Below the pieces are notes generated by a model. That model did not search any database, was not told the origin of the DNA, and was given only the letters and a program-made list of their open reading frames with translations. This document shows, piece by piece, positions 1-11,802 of a stretch of 64,000 nt of DNA. Made by a program: the position numbers and the translations under genes. Position 1 is the stretch's first letter, and every line of letters starts with the position of its first letter. Origin of the DNA: Laetmonice hystrix (Eukaryota); contig OZ249436.1 of NCBI GenBank assembly GCA_965235115.1, positions 35,404,001 to 35,468,000 on the forward strand, in the 5' to 3' direction.

Positions 1-97
1 TGAGTTCTCCCGCCAAAATTCTCTGGTAGCTACGATACTTTTACGTTAGAACATTATCCTTGGCAGATGTGTTTCTGCTTTTTTCTCTCTTTACTAG

Positions 98-938
98 ATC
101 TGCGAATTGATTGGAAATGGAACTTTAACTACGAGAGTCTTTGACAAAGAACTTCAAGTTCCGTATGCTTACGGTAACGTTGGTGAGAAGATGGAATGGG
201 TTGGCTACGATGACTTGGAAAGTTGTGTATGCAAGGTAAGAAGCGCGCCTGAAAAGAAAGTTTGCATGCACATTGTGTGCACGTAATGTCTCTTCATGCA
301 CCTGACGTATAAAATCACACATACAACGCACAAGCACAATAGACGAATCGTTACATGTAATTGATTGTATGCACACCGTGTGATATTTTTACTATTATTA
401 TTTCGTTTACAGATTCATTGGTTGAAAGAGATGGAGTTTCTTGGAGTTATGACGTGGGAACTCGGTCTAGATGATTTCAAGGGCGAGTTTTGTGGCGGGA
501 AGAAATATCCTCTCCATGCATGCATGCGAGACCAACTCGAATCGTATGTGGTCTTACATGGTTTTTGTGTGTGCAGAATCACCCCGGCTAATCAGTGATA
601 AATAACAGTTGAAACCAGTATAGACCATTCGGGAAGGACAGCAAGTTGTATAATAATGATTTTATATGTAAATTGACTGGATAAGATCTAATGATACATC
701 ATTTATCTTTATATGGAGATGAGTTTTAGTAAGGCAACAATAAGATGTAGTCTGTATTTTATTATTTTATTTATATGGACACGTATAGCAAAACGTCCAG
801 ATGTTGATGCACGGGAGAATGGTTGGGTCGATCACTGTATCCGTGCATTACTATATACATGTATATTTAAACTAATGGTGTGGGTCGACCTCTGGTTTCA
901 GGGACGATATCCCTGACGTCAGGCACTGTAACCGGTAG
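98..938 (+). CDS. GH18 chitinase paralogue 1, last three coding exons (5' part outside window)
   Basis: Exons 98-235 (ICELIGN...QVPYAYG...[14 protein letters not shown]), 413-543 ([34 protein letters not shown]), 902-938 (DDIPDVRHCNR*). GT-AG junctions in phase; same exon layout as paralogues 2 and 3; AATAAA near 1066 and 1078. Confidence 0.9.
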
Positions 939-1786
939 GGAGACCTCGAGATGTATCTTGTCGGCAGCTGTATGTCACAGTCCTTGCATATAGTCACCAG
1001 ACAGACGGGTGTGACTGTACCTCCAACCATCAGTGGCATCAATTATAACATTCTGGAAACTGGAAAATAAATAATGCAATAAATCATATTTACTAAAAGC
1101 CAATTATATTATTTACCCCCCCCCCCCTCCCCGCCAATCTCAGTCATGTTTAAAACTATAAATTTACCCCTATTGATACCCCCCCCCCCTAGTTTTAAGC
1201 CGCCGCAACCAGCTCCTCGTTGGTTCGACCTGTGCAGATGCCCCCCCCCCCTCTCGCGCTCAGTGCTCCATACTGGGACATTAAAGGCCGAGTGTCGACA
1301 GTGTTACACGTTAAAGTTAGGAATTACGGCCGCGTATCACCATATCATTCAAGCAAGGTGATCGATAAAACCGTCACATCCAAGCAACATTGTTTCATTG
1401 TTCGTTTATCTCGATCGTGTCGACTTGCACCTGTTCATTCTCAATTTTTTAAAGAAGAATATGTTCTGAGAGTATTTAGGAAGTCCTCGCGAATCAATCG
1501 GTACTATCACTATCACACGCCAGCAAGGTTCACCTGGGAGTGTGCTGAGAGACTGCATTCAGAATACCGAGGTAAGCCGACAGGTGCTATATGCCCATGT
1601 ATAACAGGTTACATTATTTGGGTTGACCCAGCTTCCAAGTCCTTATTAAGATCAAGTTCATTAAAGAGGTCTACGAGAACATGGTAGACCTACAATATAT
1701 CAAAACTAGTAGGCCCTGTTGGAGTTTGCGAATAACTTTAGGATATGGCTTCTTCTGATGACAGAATTGAAATTTGTTCGTCTGCA

Positions 1787-4700
1787 ATGGTGTCTGCAGT
1801 CCTTGGCTTGTTCCTGGTCGTGTCTCTTGGACTAGTAGGTTGTACAGGTATTGTGGCCTACATACCAAGATCTATAGATAAGGGCCTGGAAAAGATGGGA
1901 AGAAAGGTGGAGTAATAGGTGTTGTATGCATGAAGAGGTGCATGCATGGTAGCATTGTAATTAGGCTACATTCGCATTTCCTTGAATCCCAACAATAGAA
2001 CTATTTTATTTGCCCCGGTAGAATATGTCTGTGTGTGTTATTACACCAACTGGGCCCAGTTCCGACCGGACCCAATGAAATTCTTCCCTGAAGACATCGA
2101 TGTCGACATGTGTACACACATCAACTACGCCTTCGCTCGCATGGAGGACAACATGCTCGCCCCCTGGGAGTCAAACGACGAAGAAATGTGCGTGTATTTA
2201 TCATCATTACTATTGCACTCATGCTGATAAGTTTGCTTCTTGCATAATCATGCCACATGCGAAAATGAGGCTAGAAATACAAAACAAGATTTTTGCTAAA
2301 TGAATAGCAGTAGACTCTAAGCCATAGAATCCAGTCTAAATGGCAGTTTAACTCTTCAAATCCTGTTTGTGACATTATGTTATATATGCCTGATCGTCAT
2401 TTCACCTTCACTGCTTGCAGGTACGGTAGAGTTACCGAACTGAAGAAGACGAAACCGAGTTTGAAAGTTCTTATTTCAGTAGGAGGCTGGGGATTTGGCA
2501 CTCGGAACATGACACTAATGCTTGCCACCAAACAGAACAGGACAGAGTTTGTCACAACTTCAATTACTTTTCTTAAAAAACACAAGTTTGATGGCCTCGA
2601 TTTAGATTTCGAATACCCCGGACACCGTGGAAGCCCACCCGAGGACAAGCAGAGGTTTTCAGCTCTTTGTCGGGTAAAAATATATCAGTATGCTAATAAT
2701 ACGAGCGTTAGCCTTTTAAAAATGCAGCGAGGCCAACATTACCTGTAAATCAGTGTTATTTTTATTGTGAATGCCTTGAGAGTATGTTTTCCTTCTCTAA
2801 GCAAATACCAACATTATGACAAATAGAGGAACCTGTTTTTTTTTAAAACCTCTTTGCTTACCTAGGCTATAATTGTATCGTCGTCGCCATTGTTTTTTTG
2901 ATTATGGTGACCTCTATTTATTAGGAACTACGTGAGGCATTTGATAAGGAAGGATTATTAGTAACAGCTGCAGTTGCTGGAAAGAAGGAAAACATTGACG
3001 TCGCATATGAAATGGGTGAGATCGGGAAGTAGGTGTAGCCAAGCGTTTGCTTAGATCTATAGGCTACCAGGAACTCAACCCTGCTTTCATTAATTTTGCA
3101 GTTTTAATTATATACTCTCCCTATAAAGTCACATGTTATTGGCTTAAATTAACATTAGAATAGATTGATTAGCTCATCCTACCTTGGTCGTCTTAACATA
3201 AAAACATTACAAATACATAATGTATACGCAATTGTTATGTATTACAATGTAAAGTTACGTTCGACGTACCGTTAAAGGGCCTTGGACTTTATCAACATCA
3301 TGACGTACGACCTGAGTAACCATTTAAACACGTACGCCAGTCACCACGCGCCTCTCTACGGTCGAGACGGGGACGACGGCAATAGGATCTACCACAACGT
3401 GGTAAGGTTGATGGCGGCCATGAGCTATACTGAATAATGTGCTTACAGTAACTACCACACCGAATAATGTGTATAATGTGGCACAGTGGCAGGGCTATTG
3501 TAAGTAGGCCTATATGCCACAGTGGCTATACATAATGTCATAGTGTGGGTATATACTATACGAATGGGCTAGTGTGCCATACTAGCCCAGTGGCGGATTC
3601 AGGTGCATGGACCCTCCATACTGAAAAGTTAAACCTACGTCTGTGGTAAAACTCACCCCTATCCACACACACACCTGTGCCCCCCCCCCCCCCCCCCACC
3701 CGAAGAAAAATCCTGGAACCGCCACTGAGGGCTATAATGTTGCCTATAATGTACGCCCTAACAGTAATTGGCTCCTATGACGTAGTATAAGGAACGTGGC
3801 AATGACCACCGCAGCAAAAGGATATAACTGTAGGGTTATACAATGATCACCATAACCTTGGATTAAATCTATTTAGCCCTAGTCCAGGTCAACATAAACT
3901 ATGGCTATTACTGTAACGTGGTACTGGCTAAGTATATCATTTGTTTTTTATGTGTCCAGGATTGGTCCGCAAACTACTGGGTGAAGGGAGGCGTCCCAAG
4001 AAACAAGCTGGTGATTGGGATGCCCACGTACGGCCGAGCCTACCAACTATCCGGCACCAATACGGAGCCCGGTGCGCCCATCGACGGGCCAGCCACCCCC
4101 GGCCCGTACACCAGAGAGGGCGGTTTCTGGGCCTACTACGAGGTATAGCCGACCTCCTCACTAGATCCACTCTTCTACTTTCATACCGCTTTATTTCGAG
4201 AAGCTAATACGAGTTAATCTAAATTATTGCTAATATTCTTATATTATGCCTAGCCTATGATGTATTATTTGTCTCCCTGCTATAGATCTGCGATATGTTT
4301 GCGAATAAAACTCTAACCACGCGAGTGTTTGACAAAGAACAGCAAGTTCCCTATGCTTATGGCAACGCTGGTGATGATATTGAATGGGTCGGCTACGATG
4401 ACTTGGACAGCTGTGTCTGCAAGGTGAGGTGTAGGCCTAGACGGACTTCAATATTTGCCGATATTATTTGCACATCAATACGCACCTAATTGGATAAAGT
4501 AATAAGGAGATTATGAACATTGGCTATAAAATAAATATAAACAAGTTATTTTTACCCGCAGATCCACTGGCTAAAAGAGATGGAATTTCTCGGAGTCATG
4601 CTTTGGGCACTGGATCTCGACGATTTCAATGGGAAATTCTGCGGCGGCAAAAAATATCCACTACATTCATGCATGGTGAAGCACCTCGAATCGTAAGTTC

Positions 4701-4963
4701 TAAACCTATGTATTAACATGTCGGCCCCTATCGTGTGGATAGGTGCGAGCCTGACGACTCCGATGCTTCATTGTATAAGGCCAGCTTAAATTTCAACCTG
4801 AATAGGTAAGCTCATTTAGCTGGTGATTTACATTATGGACGTAGATCCTACGTATGATTATGCAGACATGTGTCTCGACATCTAATATCATGTATATACA
4901 TCATGGTCCCACACTGTCTTCAGAGATGACCTCCCCGATATAAGCCATTGCATAGGAAAGTGA
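1787..4963 (+). CDS. GH18 chitinase paralogue 2, secreted, catalytic domain only
   Basis: Exons 1787-1847 (signal peptide [20 protein letters not shown]), 2022-2187 ([11 protein letters not shown]), 2421-2673 ([20 protein letters not shown] with intact DxxDxDxE), 2925-3028, 3278-3401 (IMTYDL), 3960-4142 ([11 protein letters not shown]), 4286-4423 (WVGYDD), 4562-4692 ([11 protein letters not shown]), 4924-4963 ([12 protein letters not shown]). All phases join; AATAAA near 5090 and 5108. Confidence 0.93.
3588..3727. mobile_element. Short MITE-like element in chitinase 2 intron
   Basis: Terminal inverted repeats CAGTGGCGGATTC ... GAACCGCCACTG around a poly-C tract; a degenerate relative lies at about 5370-5589. 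Confidence 0.6.
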
Positions 4964-6845
4964 CACGGCATATACGGCTGAACATATAGGGACCTGACAC
5001 GGGGACTGACCACAAACACAGGACGAAACCAACCGGAAAGGCCTCCTCTCATGTTACGTCTGCTTTACATGCATTATAAAACTATTTCAAAATAAAATGT
5101 TTAATGAAATAAAGAGAGTTCATTGTTTTTAACGTAGAAGGGGGATGTTTTCTCCACATGAAGAATGATACTAATTTTTGTAAGGGCATGTCCCTTTGAA
5201 CAGTATGGACAAAGAGTGTATACTGATTCTGCTTGGTCATGTAATGTCATGAATGTATGTGGTTTATAATTATAACCCGGTTATGAGGTAATTAATGCTT
5301 TGTCCGGTATGTCCACATTTTCAGGGGATTTTTTTGTGTGATTATTATTATTATAGGCCTACATTGGTTCAGTGCGGATCTAAAGACAATGTCGAAGCGA
5401 TGCTGATACGGAAACGGAACAGGCGCTTTGTAATTTAAATTATTGCCGATGTAAGCATCCGTGCGTCAGCTCTCCGGTGTCTTACTATACAGGATGCTAT
5501 ACGACAGGCCATATAATCATGCTGAGCGTAGCGAGGGTAAAATTTCTTTTAGGTGGGCCCCCCTTATCAAAATCCTGACTCCTCCACTGCCTTAACTCCA
5601 TCAGCAGCATAGCTATCTTTGCTGCTTCCATCTCATTCTTGATCTGCACGTAGAAGAAGTCTATAAGATTAACTGAAAATGAAGTGTCATCCTGCTTATA
5701 CTTTCATAAACCTCCTATAGGCCTATATAGGTGGTTTGCATGACAAGTCGAGAAATGACTTGTTTTTCCCTCACCCTGTGCAATGACTGGGTGACTCGGT
5801 GAGGTTATGCACCTTCACCGTGACCGACGAGACCCGGTGCGTGCGTGTGGCCCTGTGGTATGCGCCGTGTCGGCACGGCATGGATGGTCAGCGGGTGTGA
5901 GCTTACAGCGCTTGAGGTGAGCGGGTTAGGCCTGGAATGAGGAACCATCACGGGTCGGCAGGATGTATATAGGTAGCTGCAGGTTTCCGGACTGCATTGT
6001 GTAATGATATCAAAACGTCACGGATGTTCAATAGCTAGGCCGACAGAAGACCGGATTGATGTTAAGTATATTCGCGCTATAGACCTATAGGCCTACTAGG
6101 CCTCTACATGTGGTATATTGCGGGTATATTTTAGGAAGTTCCCTAAAAGTTTTACAATAACCTGACGGTAAAGCTAGGGGAACGCAATTCCAGCGACGGG
6201 TGGAGTTCGACAGCGCTTCTTTTTTTGGTCGGGAGTGCGCCCGGTGCAAGTGAGTTAAATGCATACTAGTATACCACCTCCTATACGAATCAGAGTAGAA
6301 ATAGAACATATATATGCTGTCTTGTACCAAATCATACCTAATATCTTTTTTTCTGAAATAACCATAACAAATGATTATTGACCTTTATTGACGTGCGAGG
6401 AAAAACGGATTGAAGCTCGCCATGGATGACGTATAAAAATTATAAGGACTTGCTTACTTTGGTGCTAATCCGCACTTTCACAAATTTTACCTCTATAGGT
6501 GTAAGCTGTCAGGGATGAAATAGAGTTTTGTGAAGCGTGTTAGCCTCAGCTGGTGTACTGAGTGACAGCAGTCAGAGCTGGACGGACCTATTGCGGGAGT
6601 ACGGACAGCGGGTAACACCTTGTTAAAGCCGTCAAAACGTATCGGTCTCATCTCGGGACGTTTTCTGACCCTTCTTGTACCATGTGTTGAAACGTATTGG
6701 ATTCATTCAGAGGTCTAGATGTGTGAAGAGGAGATTCCATTCCAGGAGATTTGAGAAAATAGAAACTACCTCAAGGATGGACGGGTGCACATCTTCATGA
6801 AGTGATCGCATGTTCTCGCCTTGGTCTCAACAAAAGCATCGAGCC

Positions 6846-9800
6846 ATGGTTGCTTCCATCCACAGGTAGGGCACTGATTACACACCAGAAGATGCTGCTC
6901 CGTAGAAATAGTGATGGCGGCCGCCACATAAATTAACTGACGGCCGCTATATAATTTATGTGAAATATAATCCCACCCATTATGTGGCGGCCGCCAGATA
7001 ACTTATCTATATTGGCGGCCGCCAGATAAGTTATATAAACAGATATTGTCAGCCGTATGGCACCTACGGTCTTCCGTATAGTGCATGCATGCAGATATGG
7101 TTAATACGTATACTGAGCGTTGCTAAGTATTAAAGGACACAAAATAATCTGATCCATGCATGTTTCCAAGCTGCTTCAAGAGTGTCCTAACTATCAGTAT
7201 ATCCCATCTTTGCGACAGTGTCACGTTTGCGAAGGTAGCACGAATCATCAATGGATTTCTATTATTTGGAACCGTTAGTTTAGTAGTAGGCCAAGGTATG
7301 TTTTAATTGCCATCTTGTCTTCTTACGTTTCCTTTGGAACCATAACATCATTTGCTCTAATAGAAATATTGTAAAAATGTAGGCCTATAATAGTTCATGG
7401 CTATACCAGCAGTGTGATCGGTAGGCACCGCTGCTATTGCTACCCCAAGTATATACATGTAGGCCTATATGTACGTCCGAACAGGTCAATAACCGGAAAC
7501 CTTTAAGTATTGTCCTATTTTTTCCTATAAATGTTGGCATGACTGTTGACTGTATACCGGCCAGAATACCTTCGCGTGTGTTACTACACCAGCTGGGCTC
7601 GGTACCGTTCGGCGCCCATGAACTTCACCGCCGATGACGTCGATGTCCGGCTGTGTACGCACATTATTTTTGCCTTCGCTCGCATGGAGGGAAACAACCT
7701 CGCCCCTTGGGACAACAGCGATGTGGAAATGTACGTCGACATACTGATTAGTAGTGCATTATGCATCAGTTATGTTTTGTTTATCTTTAATCCCATAGTA
7801 AATCGTTTTCATAAAGGGGTATAGTTTAATTTTCTTTTTACACACGGCGTTCCCCATTTCAGTTTTATGTAGGAGGGTATACCTAGAGTTCTCAATATTG
7901 GCTTAAATGGTCAATGATGAGTGTCGGTGCGGCTATTGCTACCAGGTTATGTATCTGTATTTCAACTGTCATTGAATATGATAAAAACCTAACCGGCCCC
8001 CTTCATATAAAACAGCTTCATACGTAGGCCTACCGTCACCGTGTGTGTTTGCATCCGCAATATCTAGGTATGGTCGCCTGGTGGCACTGAAGGAACAGAA
8101 ACCCGAGTTGAAGGTTCTCCTTGGCGTGGGCGGTTGGCTATTCGGGACGAGGAACATGAGCCTGATGCTGGCCACGCCCAGAAACAGGGCCCACTTTGTC
8201 AGATCCTCGCGCCGCTATTTGATGAGGTACGGGTTTGACGGGTTGGACTTGGATTTTGAGTTTCCCGCCCACCGCGGAAGCCCGCCAGAGGACAAGCAAA
8301 GGTTCACATACTTATGCAGGGTAGGCCTATACGTGCTTTGTTTCATTCATCAAACTCAGGCGTCCATTTTGTTTTCCGTTTTGATGTTGTCTGAATATTA
8401 TAATCCATAACATGGAAAGGGCTATGGCCAACTAACGTCCTTTAGATAAAGGAAAGGGCCTGTTTTTAACAACCCCTGCGAACACAATTTTGAAATAGAA
8501 ATGATTTTGTTCGTGTGGGGAGAGTACAAACAAGAGTAGACAGTTTTGCAATATCCATGCTTGGTACAACGACTGAGTGAAGGTCTCATGTCATTGACCA
8601 TCGCGGCGTTTTGCTGCTGGTTCTCTGTACAACAGGGCCTTGGAAGGGCCTTCCGCCGGACTGGTCTACTCCTCACGGCTGCCGTCTCTGGTATCAAAGA
8701 AACCATCGACAAGGCTTACGAAGCTAGAAAGATTGGAAAGTATGTCAAAATAAACACCTAAATTATCTTGTTAGCGTTTGAAAACAGGCTATAGGCCCAG
8801 TCTATAAGGACCTAGACTACGTATACAAAAATATAAAGCTGACAGAAAGTGTTTTACCTTCAACTCCAAAAACATGCATCGAAGTTGAAATATGCCTTCC
8901 CATGGATCAATTTTACCTGGTCACTTTAACTTTTTCCCTATCATAAAATCTAAATCTGCACCGTTTACAAAGTATACTGGTGTGTTGATGTGTCCCTTTA
9001 ATGCCTGGTTTGTATATTACTTTTGTTATCTGGTTTATAAACGTCTTGTCCTCGAACAGGGAGTTAGATTTGATCAGCATAATGGCGTATGACCTTCACG
9101 ACGCTCACAACTCCCACGCCGGTCATAACTCGCCTCTGTACGCCAGGTCCGGCGAACGTGGTACCAACCGCCGCCTCAATGTTGTATGTTCAACTCAGCC
9201 TTTATTATAACCATACAACATCATCCACTGAGGGTTAAACGTGTACCTAGTTGTATCTTACGTCAATTCAAAACCTTTCCAAGTGGACCTAGTCCTTCAA
9301 ACTACACAGAATCACCCCCTAAATGTTGCAATTATTTATACATATGTAGTTTATATCAAAACTAGAAACTCAAACCAAATGAAAAAAATGTTAACCATCA
9401 AGAATGCATACAGGATGTTATCTCTGATATTTGTTTCTTTTCTTTCGAAAACCAAACACATTCATGATCCAACGACAGATTTGAATCTTTTATAACCCTC
9501 GTTTTCCACCACAGAACTGGGTGGCAAACTACTGGGCGTGGCTGGGAGTACCAAGGCATAAAATCGTGGTAGGCATGCCGATATATGGCCGTTCCTACTT
9601 ACTGTCGGGGCCCGACACTGACATCGGGGCACCAATCTCTGGGGCCGCCATGCAGGGACGATTTGTCGGCGAACCTGGCTACTGGGCGTACTACGAGGTA
9701 GGGACCCTCTGCATTATCAGGGATGTTTTAAAAAAAAGTAATCAGGCCTTTATTGATCTAAGCTAATCAAATAATTTGGTTACGTAAAAAAAAGGATCAC

Positions 9801-10640
9801 GCGTGGTCAGGTATAGGATGGGAGGGGGGGGGGGGGGCGATAAATGATAAATACATTTTGTTCTTGGCACTCTCCCTGTACAGATTTGTGAAAAGAACTC
9901 GACACGGGTTTTTCACCGGGAACACGAGGTACCATATGCTTATGGGAATGCGAGCGGCCGTATGTTCTGGGTCGGCTACGATGATACCGACAGCTGCGTC
10001 TGTAAGGTACGCAAGGTTTTTTTTTATATAGTTGGTTTTTGTCTTGTTTTATCAACCTGTAACCATGTGTAACATGTTTCCTTCATAAAACATGGTGTCA
10101 GTGACGGAATAAAAAAAATGGAGAGACAAACAAATTAAGTTTGTTATCAATAATCCTGTTCAGATTCAATGGGTGAAGGAAATGAAATTCCGAGGAATCA
10201 TGATATGGGCTCTCGATCTGGACGACTTCAATGGCAACTTCTGCGGGGGCAAGAAATATCCCATGATTTCATGCATGGTGGATCATCTTAAATCGTGTGT
10301 ATACTTTAACATATCTTACATTCTTTTAGCTACAACCCTCTTTTAATATCCAGGCCCCGCATTAAGTCACAAGGGGAGCGATATACATTCAATTTCAAGA
10401 ATTGTATGGATTTATTGTTTTAAAACTGAAATTTTGTCTTATATACCACCCTTATGGAAATGCTTTTCTTCTTGCAGTGACAGCATATCGAACACATCAT
10501 TCTGCAGCGCACCACTAACTCACCGGAACAAATACATACCAACATACACTGAGAGTTCCAGTTACTCTATGCGTGCCACATTACTATTAACATCAATACC
10601 TTTACTGTGGGCATTACTACCATATATCATGAACATTTAA
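6846..10640 (+). CDS. GH18 chitinase paralogue 3 with hydrophobic C-terminal tail
   Basis: Exons 6846-6865 and 7219-7295 (tentative start and signal peptide), 7565-7730, 8068-8320 ([11 protein letters not shown]), 8636-8739, 9060-9183 (IMAYDL), 9515-9697, 9884-10006, 10164-10294 (GIMIWALDLDD), 10478-10640. Intron positions match paralogue 2. Confidence 0.9.
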
Positions 10641-11075
10641 CATGTACCGGCACATGTTGTCGGCGAACCTGGCAAAAATTTAATTAATGCTACTTCAGAC
10701 TGATGGATAGGGGATATTATTCCACTGAACCTGGATGTGTTAGGATAGACAAACACCCAACGTTTTATAAGCATTTATGTGTTGTGAAGGAAATAATGCA
10801 AAGAAAGGTTACCCCGGTACTCACCTGCTCATGTGAAAATACAAACAAAACACTTATGTTTCTGCTAAGTTTACTCCATAAAAGCTTATTCTCCCTACCT
10901 TTTTTTTTAAAGGGTAGTGGTCATTTAATATTGCACATAACCGTCACAGCCTTACAACTTCACAAACATTTTTGATATTCTTTAATAATGCTGATAAATT
11001 TAAACGGAATGGTCACAAAATCCAATCCGGTGATGAGATTGTTTGCTTGTCAGAATACCAGCAGTCCCAAACCAG

Positions 11076-11790
11076 CCATTCTGGCGGTCCGAAATCACCC
11101 ATTCTGACAGTCTGAACCACCCATTCTGACAGTCTGAACCACCCATTTTGACAGTCTGAACCGCCCAACCACTCATTCTGACAAACTGCACCACCCATTC
11201 TGACAAACTGCACCACTCATTCTGACAAACTGCACTACCCATTCTGACAAACTGCACCACCCATTCTGGCAATCCGCCCCACCCATTCTGACAAACTGCA
11301 CCACCCATTCTGGCAATTCGCCCCACCCATTCTGGCAATCTGCACCACCCATTCTGACAGTCTAAACCGCCCAACCACTCATTCTGACAAACTGCACCAC
11401 CCATTCTGGCAATCTGCACCACCGATTCTGACAATCTGCCCCACCCATTCTGACAATCTGCCCCACCCATTCTGACAATCTGCCCCACCCATTCTGACAA
11501 ACTGCACCACCCATTCTGGCAATCTGCACCACCCATTCTGACAAACTGCACCACCCATTCTGACAAACTGCACCACCCATTCAAACAAATTGCACCACCC
11601 ATTCTAACAAACTGCACCACCCATTCTGACAATCTGCCCCACCCATTCTAACAAACTGCACCACCCATTCTGACAATCTGCACCACCCATTCTGACAACC
11701 TGCGAACCACACATTCAGACAGTCTGAACCAGCACCCATTTGGACAGTCTGCACCAACTATTCCGACAGTCTGAACCACTAATTCTGGCA
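11076..11790. repeat. 22-bp minisatellite, about 30 copies
   Basis: Unit CCATTCTGACAAACTGCACCAC with variants; starts about 13 nt past the WDR41 stop codon. Confidence 0.95.
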
Positions 11791-11802
11791 GTCCACTGTG
11801 GC

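Noticed and set aside
11000..11632. 210-aa ORF and overlapping ORFs (SEWVVQFVRMGG repeats)
   Set aside because: By-products of the 22-bp minisatellite; the same peptide cycles through all frames and lies past the WDR41 stop.
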